A DNA stretch of 63,053 bases, filler included, from Octopus bimaculoides (GCF_001194135.2; 5 parts of 5 records of this genome joined end to end with filler, not necessarily neighbours in it); one strand, 5' to 3'. Shown: positions 1 through 11,623, counted from the first letter of the whole stretch. Notes: generated from the sequence alone by a model not told the origin. Translations and numbers: made by a program.

Positions 1-59
1 CACACACTACAACTGACCAACTCCTTCCTCCCCTCCCCATTTTCACACATGCATACGTC

Positions 60-362
60 AAGATCACCAGCATTCTATCTCTCACACACACAGCCCCTCG
101 TTCTTCGATCACCGTTCTTTCTCCCCTTTTTGTTATCTCCTGTGTAAAATTTCTAACTTCCGGTCAGCCATAGCTATGATTGACCGTTGACCGAACACTA
201 TTCAATTTTTTTTCTCCGTGTTTTTCTCCTTGTCTCCGTATTGTTGAAGAGCGTAGCTCGAAACGTTAAAGACTTTCCGTATTCCCGAGCGTCATACTAA
301 TGCATCCTTTTGTTGTTTACACCACCTGTCCTCGTCTGTTGTTGTTTTTTCGTACATTTTCC
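60..362 (+). mobile_element. Penelope-like element 3' tail fragment (putative)
   Basis: Contains GAAGAGCGTAGCTCGAAACGTTAAAGACTTTCC...CCCGAGCGT...TTGTTGTTTACACC...CTCGTCT. It is clearly related to 43360-43590 in this window, and the ...GA-stem-GAAAC motif is typical of PLE tails. Confidence 0.45.
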
Positions 363-639
363 CATATATATATATATACATATATATACACATATATATG
401 CACATATATATATGCATGTATATATATATATATTGTATGTATATATGTGTGAGTGTGTGTATGTATGTATTTGTACACGTATAGTTTTTATAAAGTTGTG
501 TAACAAATGAGTTGTGAAGATGGCTTGAAAATTGGATATGAACAGCCTTTAATGTACTGCCCAAGGCTGCAGGTACTTCTGATTGTTCAGAGCATCATAT
601 CATAGCCCCATCAGTCATAGCAGCAAGATCTTGTTGAGA

Positions 640-1600
640 ATCTTGCCGCAGAACTGTTCGCATAAGTGCAGATGAGGTTTCACAAAGACCAGATTTTTAA
701 TATCAAGTTCCTCGTGGAAAAGGTTAGGAAACGATGTTTTACTATACATGGCGTTTATTGATTATAAAAAGGCCTTTGACTCAGTCAGGCCTTCGTCATT
801 GCGGAAGGTGTCGCAGATGATGACGAGTGAGGTCCGCAGTAAGTGGCCATCAGGAAAGGAGTTCAACTAGGGTGTCTTGTTTCACTTATCAGCTTTAAAC
901 TCTATTCTGTAGGTGGGCTGCAGAAGTCAGCAGATGGTCGTTGCTGGATCAGTGAGCATATCAATGGCTGGCGGCCAAATAACTTTTGCTTTGCTAGTGA
1001 CATCGTGCTGATTGCTACCTTGTCGGCTGAGTCCAGGGACTGATTAACACAATTAGTCAAGTCTCTAGTGAATTTCAATTAGAGATCAGCACTAAAAAAC
1101 GTCCAAGATCATGGCCTCCACCAGGGAACCAAAGCAGCTTATTATATAATGCCTAGAAGAAAAACTAGCCCAGGTTAACAAGTTCAAGCACCTAGATTCT
1201 AGTGTTGATCAAAACAACATGGAAAGATTGTACCTTCAGCAAGAACATGAAGTTCAAACTTCTAAATATCTGATTTGGTCAGTAATGCTGTAATGGATAC
1301 GAATTTAAATCAGGGACTTTAGTGGGTGTGCTGACACTAAGACACTTCGGGTGTTGGTGAGGATGTGCTTCAGTCTAGCGCTGCCGATCAGATCTTCGAG
1401 GAAAGGCGAAGGTGTGAGAAAGAAGATGACGATAGTCAGATGGCGAAAAGTGAAATATTTTGACCACATTGTCAGAACATAAAACTTAAAGCCCATATCC
1501 TCGGGGAATGAGTGAAATGGGGGCACGAGCGATAGAAGCGATGAGATCAAAAAGTGAGCGGGGAGGAACCTGCTGGAGTGCACGGCTGCAATACGAGATA
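640..1600 (+). mobile_element. Decayed RTE-clade LINE reverse transcriptase remnant
   Basis: Translations DQIFNIKFLVEK..LYMAFIDYKKAFDSV (from 687), GVQLGCLVS, NNFCFASDIVLIA (degenerate YADD box) and VNKFKHLDS match RT motifs. Stops and frameshifts are present. Confidence 0.8.
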
Positions 1601-1624
1601 GCAGTGTATGATGTGCAGTGCTGA

Positions 1625-1780
1625 TTCCAGGCAGCTTCTACCTATTAAATTTCAACGACAAAGCTTTGGTCAATTCGAAGCTTGTGTAGAAGACACCTAC
1701 CGATGATACAGCGGGACTGAACCCGAAATTGGGTGTTTATGAAGCGAACCTCTTAACCAAACGGCCATATCTGCGTCTAT
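1625..1780 (-). mobile_element. Old SINE family A 5' (tRNA-derived) fragment
   Basis: The reverse complement resembles the family A head (GGCCGTTTGGTTAAG..GGGTTCAGTCCC..GTGTCTTCTAC..GACCAAAGC). Confidence 0.6.
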
Positions 1781-1809
1781 AAAAATAAATCCTGCATATT
1801 ATTCCCTAC

Positions 1810-2430
1810 CAACTTGAAAAAAGAACACAACTGCATCTACGACCATATTTTTTCTGCCGCGTCTAAATAAAAGATGGGATAATGCAGTTATGGCTTTATC
1901 GTCTGAGCATAGGTCTGTTAGAAATAACAGCCAACTCTCGCTCAAATAAGACTTAGCGCCTTGAAAGAGTAGAACATAATAGCTAATGTAGTCCTAAGTA
2001 TACTGCGCCTGAATAAAAGCGGTTCAGTCATCGCTGGATCGTCATTGCTCCTGCTATGACTAATGGCCAAATGTCCGCCAAATCACACTCTATAGCCTTA
2101 TAAAGGGTGAGCACAATATAAATAGATGACCGTAGTCTTCGGTACATTGTGCTTGAATTAAAAGTAGGATAGTTATGGGTGAATCATATTTGATCATAAC
2201 TTTACAGACCGAGGTTCAATCTGGTACTAAAACGCAACAACGTATGTTTGTCTTCATATTGCTTGTTTAGTCCCACATCTGTCCTGATTAAATAGACTTA
2301 TGATCAAATTTATTCCAGCTATGGCCATCTATTCTTGATTTTTTTTTTCAGTTGCAATATAAACCAAATTACATTTTCAAGAACGTTGGGTTTGTTTAGG
2401 AAAGTGGACATTTGACTGCTATTTCTAGCA
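1810..2430. repeat. Cluster of degenerate copies of a dispersed repeat (family C, CTGCTAGAAATAGCAGCC core)
   Basis: The core recurs at about 1915, 2415 (inverted), 48470, 60985 and 61185, with related sequence near 37950 and 40700. Confidence 0.5.
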
Positions 2431-2449
2431 CGTACAGGGATCATGTAAA

Positions 2450-2495
<46 letters not shown>

Positions 2496-3403
2496 CTGTA
2501 TAGTTACTTTTTCTCCATGCCGAATGTTGTCAGATATATACACAGTTCGACTAAATTTTTATGATGCTGAAAAGTATCAAAAGGCGATAAACAATTAAAA
2601 ACTGCGCATCACTTGTTGAAACAAGTTGTATGCCTTGATGCGGATGGTGGATCACAGACAAAATAAGGTTCAATGTGGGATAATAAGCTAACACAATTGT
2701 TGGAACTGTGTAATAAACACGAAATTTCAAAAAAAAAAAAAAGCAACATACAGATTTTTTTATTATTTGTCATAAGGGCAACGGGCGAATGAAAAGAGGG
2801 GGAAGATATAACACGTGACTAAAAAAAAAACAAAAAAACAAGACATCCGAAAAGAAGTAAACAAGCAAAAAAGTAACGAAGCAGTCAAGCAAGAACAAGA
2901 ACAAGAACAACAGAAATATATAAATATTAACAATAATAGTAACAACAACAATACCAACACTACAATTAAGTGTTGGTAACAATTACAATATCAATTACAA
3001 TAAATAAAACAGAAATATTTATGGTATAAAAGATCTGTGTTAGTGTTAGATGAAACACAAGGGAGAAATAGCCAAATAACGAATTAATACGTGCCTTTGG
3101 AGCAAGGGAAATATATTTTGAATATTAATAAAAAAAGAAGAGCAAATAGNNNNNNNNNNNNNNNNNNNNNNNNNNNNNNNNNNNNNNNNNNNNNNNNNNN
3201 NNNNNNNNNNNNNNNNNNNNNNNNNNNNNNNNNNNNNNNNNNNNNNNNNNNNNNNNNNNNNNNNNNNNNNNNNNNNNNNNNNNNNNNNNNNNNNNNNNNN
3301 NNNNNNNNNNNNNNNNNNNNNNNNNNNNNNNNNNNNNNNNNNNNNNNNNNNNNNNNNNNNNNNNNNNNNNNNNNNNNNNNNNNNNNNNNNNNNNNNNNNN
3401 NNN

Positions 3404-3912
3404 TTTCGGGGTCGATAAATTAAGTACCAGTTACGCACTGGGATCGATGTAATCGACTTAATCCCTTTGTCTGTCCTTGTTTGTCCCCTCTGTGTTTAGC
3501 CCCTTGTGGGCAATAAAGAAATAAGAAACGTTAGCACGCCGGGCGAAATGCTTAGAGGTGTTTCGTCTGCCGTTACGTTCTCAGTTCAAATTCCGCCGAT
3601 GTCGACTTTGCCTTTCATCCTTTCGGGGTCGATAAATTAAGTACCAGTTACACACTGGGGTCGATGTAATCGACTTGATCCCTTTGTCTGTTCTTGTTTG
3701 TCTCCTCTACGTTTAGCCCCTTGTGGGCAATAAAGTAATAAGAAACGTTATTATGCCGAGCGAAATGCTTAGCGGTATTTCGTCTGTCTATACGTTCTGA
3801 GGTCAAATTCCGCCGGGATCGATAAATTAAGTACCAGTTGTGTACTGGGGTCGATCTAATCGACTGACTCCCTCCTCCAAAATTTCGGGCCTGTGCCTAG
3901 AGTAGAAAAGAA
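3404..3912 (+). mobile_element. Head-to-tail trimer of SINE family B
   Basis: Three consecutive units share GTTAGCACGCCGGGCGAAATGCTTAG / GTTCAAATTCCGCCG / GGGGTCGATAAATTAAGTACCAGTT, joined at AAGAAATAAGAAACGTT. Confidence 0.9.
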
Positions 3913-3915
3913 TAT

Positions 3916-4112
3916 TTTAAAGGCAGCGAGCTGGGCGAAATCCTTNNNNNNNNNNNNNNNNNNNNNNNNNNNNNNNNNNNNNNNNNNNNCGCCGAAGTCG
4001 ACTTTGGCTTTCATCCTTTCGGAGTCGATGAAATGAGTGTCAGTTGTGCACTGGGGTCAATATAAACGACTTACCCCTTCTCCCTGAACTTGCTGGCTTT
4101 GTGCCAATAGTA
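3916..4112 (+). mobile_element. SINE family B copy (spans a gap)
   Basis: AAGGCAGCGAGCTGG head; GTCGACTTTGGCTTTCATCCTTTCGG core. Confidence 0.85.
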
Positions 4113-4204
4113 TTAGAAGTAATAATTCTTCTCTGTTGTTGTTGTTGTTGTCGTTGTTATTTAGCCCCAAATCCATCCTCTATGCAGAGGCATATATCAA
4201 AATA

Positions 4205-4875
4205 TTTCAGACACAAACACCTTTCTTATATTCAGACAATGCAATTGCCAGAGTTGTGGGAACGACGGACAGATTGGTTTGCGGTAATCGCTCCGGCTCT
4301 CTTGTCTCTGTGTTCGAACCCCTCCTAGGTTAGCTTTGTCAGACATCTTTGAAGGTCTTTCTATCACTTTTTATTTCTGTCTTTGTCTTTTTATGGAAGA
4401 AATCGACAGTGATGTCGATCTCTCCCAGAAAATGGTCCGGTCTGGACAGGGATGGGTTCTGCCAAGCATTAAAATACTCAAGATACGCTGTATGTCACGA
4501 CAGCACCATTCAAGTCCATCAAGGAGTTAAGGACTCAAGGAAAGGTATCAGAATCTCTATCGAAATTCTGTCCTCTTTTTAAAAATACTCTTTTAAGGCT
4601 TCTCGTACCCTTGCAATTTCTGCGCTTTTACAAGTGTAATTTTTAAAATATGGAAACAGCAAAGGTAGAAATAAAATGGTTATTTTTTCATCTTTTTCTT
4701 TGTATCTCAAAGATCTTAAGCATATGACTCGGAGTTCACTAGCACGTAGCACTCTGAGTGACTTCTTGAGTTGTCAGTCACTTAAGCTGGCTCTGATGAC
4801 AGAGCAGTCATGGGAAAACTGCGACCTACGGGACTTTCTGAATAGCACGCTTAATGAAAAATTATCTTGAAACAC
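4205..4875 (-). pseudogene. Decayed reading frame, possibly LINE ORF1-like
   Basis: One minus frame gives ~220 codons of complex protein-like sequence (LRVLRASELRVICL..EKITILFLPLLFPYF..RPDHFLGEIDI) with scattered stops. The family is not recognised with certainty. Confidence 0.3.
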
Positions 4876-5091
4876 TATTTTCTTCGTTTCATATATGCTT
4901 TTGCATATGTTGTGCGTATATATATTTTTAAATGCCCTTTCGTGTTTAAAGATTAATACACTGTTCCCATCTCAAAGGTGTTTCCAGTGTACTCTTTTTT
5001 TTATCATTGCCAGCTCTTGCAACTCCTCTACTAGAGGAAGCTAAGTTTAGGAAATATTGCTAACGCAACAGATTTTGGAAAAAATAATATA

Positions 5092-5347
5092 TAGTCGTGA
5101 CCAAAAGTTTGGAACATTTGTTAAAAAATTAAAGTTGTTTTGCCCAAATAGAATTCGATTTAAATATATACAACGAAGAGATATACTTGTCTAATAACTG
5201 ATCCAATGATTCAATGTTTAGAAGAAAAAATAGGCAAAATCAAAAATATAGTTCTAGACGAAATTGCTTACTTTTAGCATAACTTTGGGCATTTAATATA
5301 AAAATTCTAATTTTCAGATCTGTGCTCCAAACTTTTTGCCACGACTG
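5092..5347. mobile_element. Tc1-like MITE (256 bp)
   Basis: 25-bp TIRs TAGTCGTGACCAAAAGTTTGGAACA / CAGTCGTGGCAAAAAGTTTGGAGCA (21/25 match), flanked by TA at 5090-5091 and 5348-5349. Confidence 0.85.
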
Positions 5348-5409
5348 TAAAGTTATGTTTGCAAACAGGTCATTTATCTGGCTGACAATATGTGAATCTC
5401 TGATCACAA

Positions 5410-5530
5410 GGAAGAGTTGGAGAGCATCATAGCCATGTGTTGAGAGGAATAATTCACCGTTGAAAACATAGGTATTTTGCCCATCATCTTCAAACGAGCC
5501 TTATTCAGGGACCTGTTGAGCTAGATGGAC
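5410..5530 (-). repeat. Dispersed repeat fragment, inverted relative to 13190-13480
   Basis: GAGCATCATAGCCATG is the reverse complement of CATGGCTATGATGCTC at ~13461. Confidence 0.65.
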
Positions 5531-6177
5531 ACAATGCTCAAGAACACAATGCCCAGCTTAATCCAGGAAATTAACTTATGATCTTGAGCCCAACACCCTA
5601 ACCGTTAAAACTTAATCCCTTCACTAACTGTTTCCAATACAAATGCACGGCCTGAAAAAGTCAACCCTAGTGCGTAAATGGTGCTCAGAAGATAAATCGT
5701 CAGAACAAATACAGCAGAATATTTTTGCCGACGCTTTATAGCCAGGATGAGCAACTTTTTTCGCGAAGCGGGCCGCATGAGAAATGGTTCAACATCAGGC
5801 AGCCAGCTCTACAAAAAAAAAAAGCAAATTCAATGTAATTTTTCTTAGGACGTGTCATTAAGAAAGTCCCTCGGGCCACAGTTCACCATCAGCTGTTCCA
5901 AAGCCCCTACTATTTTATTACTCTGATATTCATGGTTTCTGATTTTCAGGAAAAGTATAATCGTTTGATTTAAAACCCGTTTCTTGATAGTAACTTATTT
6001 TGCGAACTGCAAAATTGAGTAAAAAAAAACAACAAAAAAAACAGTTTGAGACCCTGATTTGAACTCAAAGCCTAACATAACCAGTATTTACAACATTTCC
6101 ACTAGACTACTGTAACGATTAAACTAAACAAATAAATTCATAGCAAATTAAATTCTGCAGCATTAACCAACCAACCT

Positions 6178-6178
<1 letters not shown>

Positions 6179-6253
<75 letters not shown>

Positions 6254-6281
6254 CACTACTACTACTACTACCACCACCACC
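6179..6281. repeat. (TAC)n/(CAC)n microsatellite
   Basis: Direct reading. Confidence 0.95.
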
Positions 6282-6549
6282 NNNNNNNNNNNNNNNNNNN
6301 NNNNNNNNNNNNNNNNNNNNNNNNNNNNNNNNNNNNNNNNNNNNNNNNNNNNNNNNNNNNNNNNNNNNNNNNNNNNNNNNNNNNNNNNNNNNNNNNNNNN
6401 NNNNNNNNNNNNNNNNNNNNNNNNNNNNNNNNNNNNNNNNNNNNNNNNNNNNNNNNNNNNNNNNNNNNNNNNNNNNNNNNNNNNNNNNNNNNNNNNNNNN
6501 NNNNNNNNNNNNNNNNNNNNNNNNNNNNNNNNNNNNNNNNNNNNNNNNN

Positions 6550-6627
6550 AGTCCATTATAGAAGCCCTGTATGCAAACACATCAACATACTCCTGAGATA
6601 AACGCTTCTTATGAAGAATTAAATTTC
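6550..6627 (-). CDS. Candidate internal exon truncated by a gap (phase 1: GNLILHKKRLSQEYVDVFAYRASIMD)
   Basis: Long T tract then CTCCTCAAG acceptor on the minus strand; the frame is open up to the gap. No homology recognised. Confidence 0.2.
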
Positions 6628-6894
6628 CTTGAGGAGAAAAAAAAAAAAAGATTGCTTCACCATCTAAGCAAAGGACAACAACGACTACAACAATATGAAC
6701 AACAACAACGACAGAAGCAGCAACAGCAGTAACAATTACTTCATTAATGACAATAACAAGCATGATAAACAATAAGAAGAATACTGTGCAACGTCAATAT
6801 TCTCAAAGTGGTGGGGGGGGGGGGATAAAAAAAAAGCAACACGGTAACAAAATAAAACATGAACAAGGACAAAAAAAAAACAAAAAACAAAAAA

Positions 6895-7247
6895 CAACGA
6901 CGACGATGACGATGATGATGATGATGATGACAACGACAAAAGGTGCAACAAACAATAATATGCAACAATGCATCGGTGATGTCAACAAACGCCACGGCTA
7001 CAGGAAAACACAACAACAACAACAACAACAAAATGAACAATCGCACAACCATCTTCATCGGCAGCGGCATTATGAACATCATCATCATCGTCGTCATCAT
7101 CATCAACGTCGTCGTCGCCGCCGCCACCACCACCATCATCAACATCATCCTCATCATCATCATCAGCATCATCATCATCATCATCATCCTCATCATCATC
7201 CTCATCATCATCATCATCATCATCATCACCACCATCATCATCATCAA

Positions 7248-7279
<32 letters not shown>

Positions 7280-7301
7280 CCACCACCATCATCATCATCA
7301 A

Positions 7302-7333
<32 letters not shown>

Positions 7334-8139
7334 CCACCATCATTGCCATNNNNNNNNNNNNNNNNNNNNNNNNNNNNNNNNNNNNNNNNNNNNNNNNNNN
7401 NNNNNNNNNNNNNNNNNNNNNNNNNNNNNNNNNNNNNNNNNNNNNNNNNNNNNNNNNNNNNNNNNNNNNNNNNNNNNNNNNNNNNNNNNNNNNNNNNNNN
7501 NNNNNNNNNNNNNNNNNNNNNNNNNNNNNNNNNNNNNNNNNNNNNNNNNNNNNNNNNNNNNNNNNNNNNNNNNNNNNNNNNNNNNNNNNNNNNNNNNNNN
7601 NNNNNNNNNNNNNNNNNNNNNNNNNNNNNNNNNNNNNNNNNNNNNNNNNNNNNNNNNNNNNNNNNNNNNNNNNNNNNNNNNNNNNNNNNNNNNNNNNNNN
7701 NNNNNNNNNNNNNNNNNNNNNNNNNNNNNNNNNNNNNNNNNNNNNNNNNNNNNNNNNNNNNNNNNNNNNNNNNNNNNNNNNNNNNNNNNNNNNNNNNNNN
7801 NNNNNNNNNNNNNNNNNNNNNNNNNNNNNNNNNNNNNNNNNNNNNNNNNNNNNNNNNNNNNNNNNNNNNNNNNNNNNNNNNNNNNNNNNNNNNNNNNNNN
7901 NNNNNNNNNNNNNNNNNNNNNNNNNNNNNNNNNNNNNNNNNNNNNNNNNNNNNNNNNNNNNNNNNNNNNNNNNNNNNNNNNNNNNNNNNNNNNNNNNNNN
8001 NNNNNNNNNNNNNNNNNNNNNNNNNNNNNNNNNNNNNNNNNNNNNNNNNNNNNNNNNNNNNNNNNNNNNNNNNNNNNNNNNNNNNNNNNNNNNNNNNNNN
8101 NNNNNNNNNNNNNNNACCACCACCACCACCACCACCACC

Positions 8140-8213
<74 letters not shown>
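6895..8213. repeat. Compound (GAT)/(CAA)/(CAT)n/(CAC)/(TAC)n microsatellite region around a gap
   Basis: Direct reading. Confidence 0.95.
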
Positions 8214-8630
8214 CGGTGCTGCTACTGCTGCAATAATAACAAAACCAGCAACTATTTTGACTTTAAAAAAAGAAAACATTAAAACGTTAGCAAATAGAAC
8301 AGCAGCAACAACAATAACGGAAGGAACAAATTTTGGTGGCAGTTGCAAGACCAATTGAGTGACCTGCTCACTGACTTAATACTCGAATGCGGTTGAGTAT
8401 TCCACAGAGTTCCCCAGAACTTGACATAATAATCCTCAGGCAGAATCGGTGCAACACAGTATGATTGTGTGGACCTTTGAATTACATGTACAATCTATAC
8501 CTGTGTTTGTCAACCATTGTTTTACCTATGGACCCCTTTGATTTCCATTTTACTCGGATGGACCCTCCTCACCATTCGATATTTAAAAAAAATCCTATTG
8601 TTTTTTTGGAATTAAATATTATTAAGAATT

Positions 8631-8869
8631 ACTCTTTTACTCTTTTACTCTTTTACTTGTTTCAGTCTTTTAACTGTGGCCATGCTGGAGCACCGCCTTT
8701 AGTCGAGTAAATCGACCCCAGGACTTATTCTTTGGAAGCCTAGTACTTATGTACTTATTCTATCGGTCTTTTACGCCGAACCGTTAAGTTACGGGGACGT
8801 AAACAGACCAGCATCGGTTGTCAAGCGAGATTGGGAGGACAAACACATACACACACACACACACACACA
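8631..8869 (-). mobile_element. SINE family A, 3' half
   Basis: (CTCTTTTA)n tail plus CTTGTTTCAGTC..GGCCATGCTGGAGCACCGCC..TCGACCCCAGG; the element runs into a gap. Confidence 0.9.
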
Positions 8870-9659
8870 NNNNNNNNNNNNNNNNNNNNNNNNNNNNNNN
8901 NNNNNNNNNNNNNNNNNNNNNNNNNNNNNNNNNNNNNNNNNNNNNNNNNNNNNNNNNNNNNNNNNNNNNNNNNNNNNNNNNNNNNNNNNNNNNNNNNNNN
9001 NNNNNNNNNNNNNNNNNNNNNNNNNNNNNNNNNNNNNNNNNNNNNNNNNNNNNNNNNNNNNNNNNNNNNNNNNNNNNNNNNNNNNNNNNNNNNNNNNNNN
9101 NNNNNNNNNNNNNNNNNNNNNNNNNNNNNNNNNNNNNNNNNNNNNNNNNNNNNNNNNNNNNNNNNNNNNNNNNNNNNNNNNNNNNNNNNNNNNNNNNNNN
9201 NNNNNNNNNNNNNNNNNNNNNNNNNNNNNNNNNNNNNNNNNNNNNNNNNNNNNNNNNNNNNNNNNNNNNNNNNNNNNNNNNNNNNNNNNNNNNNNNNNNN
9301 NNNNNNNNNNNNNNNNNNNNNNNNNNNNNNNNNNNNNNNNNNNNNNNNNNNNNNNNNNNNNNNNNNNNNNNNNNNNNNNNNNNNNNNNNNNNNNNNNNNN
9401 NNNNNNNNNNNNNNNNNNNNNNNNNNNNNNNNNNNNNNNNNNNNNNNNNNNNNNNNNNNNNNNNNNNNNNNNNNNNNNNNNNNNNNNNNNNNNNNNNNNN
9501 NNNNNNNNNNNNNNNNNNNNNNNNNNNNNNNNNNNNNNNNNNNNNNNNNNNNNNNNNNNNNNNNNNNNNNNNNNNNNNNNNNNNNNNNNNNNNNNNNNNN
9601 NNNNNNNNNNNNNNNNNNNNNNNNNNNNNNNNNNNNNNATATTTTTTGTTGGGGCTCCA

Positions 9660-10662
9660 ACATCTGGTTTAATTCCTAAGTTTTCTGAAAGATACACATT
9701 TTTTAAATGGAAATTTTGTAGGGATACGTTTTCGATAGAGTAAATTGCAATTTATTAGGAAAATAAAACCATACCTGTATTGCAAATATACAAATGAGAA
9801 ACGTGATTTATTTAATTTCATTTTATTTTTGAAAATTAGTATTCATTTTATAATTTTTGAGTAAGCATCGAGAAATTTGACAAAAGTTAAATCTTATAAT
9901 AATTCTGCTTGTCACACCGTTACTTAACCCGTCCGTAACGCTTTCACGTGATTAGTTAAAGAGAAAGTCGAAGAGCGAGAGAAAAAGAGGAAGAAAGAAA
10001 ATGTGGGAGAGAAAAAGATGGAGAGAGAAGCGTCCATGAGTTAGAAGGAATGTAATTGTAACGCTTTCACGTGATTAGTTGAAGGGAAAGAGAGAACAGG
10101 AGGGAGAAAGAAAAAGGAGAGAGAAAAAGGGGATAAGGTGAAGAGTAAGATGGTGGTGAAACTGAAAGGTATACGCAAATTGAAATATGTATAGACTTTG
10201 ACCCATCGTCTTGGCTTATATGTTACCAACGAAGTGGTCTCCAGAGTATATCATGTTCCATTAAATTTTTAGCCCCGTGAAATTGTGACCCCTATATTTT
10301 ATATCTAAAATGATTTTATTTACTATAAAATTTTTCTTTTCTATGTAATGAATTGTGGACCATGTAAATTTTAAAATGCAAAAATAAGAAAAATGGAAAA
10401 ATAAGAGTGACTATTTATTCTATGAGAGCTTTGTATTAAGCCTATAAAATTGTGCGTAAAGTATATAAAGTGTATATATAAAGTGAATTGAATAATCATC
10501 GCATTCCAATTTCCTTTACTCTTCAATGAGTAGCAAATAAGTGACTATCTTTTGATACAGACACAACATAGGCTACATTTTCAGGGTTTTTTGGATGAAG
10601 TTTTCAGATATAACCCAGTAGGTTTACCATTAAATCCGTGAAATATTAACGGGTCCCGCTAG
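9660..10662 (+). mobile_element. Non-autonomous Helitron-like element, 3' part
   Basis: Ends with the hairpin CCGT-GAAATATTA-ACGG (10636-10652), then CTAG (10659-10662) followed by T. Internal short duplication TAACGCTTTCACGTGATTAGTT. The 5' TC end is not visible. Confidence 0.5.
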
Positions 10663-10785
10663 TTATGATTATTGTACGTAAGCTATATTTCCTGATCCTG
10701 CATGTCACATGTTACCAATATTAGAACAGCATACGGTTGTAATATAAGAATGAATTCGTTTTTATCGTTTTAGTCGTTTTGACGT

Positions 10786-11284
10786 TCATAGCTGACGACG
10801 AGAAAGAACGCGGAAGCGCATGAGTCTAACGATCCAATGACGTCATTCACGGTCTAATGTGTTTTCATACATATTGTCCAGGAGGATAATTTCCGCAGCG
10901 AAATCCCCCCCACCGCATTTTCCGAGTGTCCTCGAACGAGTTAAATATTACTTTACACGATCATATTTTACTCAGCGCTGATTGGTGCGACTGTATTTAA
11001 TTCTAGCTTGACCAAGCTTTACGCAGATAGGTGATGTACCATATGCCGTTCTAATGTAAGAATGCATTCATTTTTATTGGGTTGTTCTTCACAGATTGTG
11101 TGCTCGCAGCTGACGACACGAATGCAGAAACGCATTTGTTTTACGACCCATTAACGTCATTCACAGCCCAAAGTCTTTTCACGCATGTCATCCGGGAAGA
11201 GAATTTTTTCCCGGGGCTATTTCAGCAGTAGACGTTCTCCCCACGTCCGAGTGTGCACAAGCGTATTAATACAACTTTACACGA
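10786..11284 (+). ncRNA. Two diverged tandem ~315-bp units, each with a degenerate type I hammerhead ribozyme core
   Basis: Unit 1: TCATAG-CTGACGA-N14-GAAGC-GCATGA-GTC-TAACGA (10786-10832). Unit 2: TCGCAG-CTGACGA-N10-GAAAC-GCATTT-GTT-TTACGA (11104-11146). Further shared blocks are ACGTCATTCAC, CCGAGTGT and ACTTTACACGA. Confidence 0.55.
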
Positions 11285-11623
11285 ATAATTTATCTTTCTA
11301 CTATATCATTTTCTCTATTTTTTTGGCATATGAATTAAAAGAAAATTTTTATTATCTTCTATCTTCATCAGTAACTTGATTTTCTATGGGGTTTTTTCTT
11401 AGGTATAGACATTCTTATATCAGAATTTTTGACACAGTATCCATGTTTATTTCTGACTACAACAGCTGTTCCTCAGTGCTTATTTGAATTTCTTCCGAGT
11501 CTTTATGTTCTTCATTCAAATACCATTGAGGTAAACTTTGCTTTCATCCTTTCATGGACGATAAAATACCAGTCTGCTACTTGGGTCAATATAATCAATT
11601 TGCTGGCCTTGAGGTAAAATTAG

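Noticed and set aside
5743-5895. Charlie-like hAT MITE (CAGGATGAGCAACT..GCGGGCCGCATG..GGGCCACAGTT)
   Set aside because: The ends are very degenerate and the 8-bp flanks do not match, so it is not supportable.
6119-9697. Long ORFs (217-536 aa) encoding poly-His/Thr/Val/Ile
   Set aside because: They are translations of trinucleotide microsatellites and N gaps, with no complex sequence.
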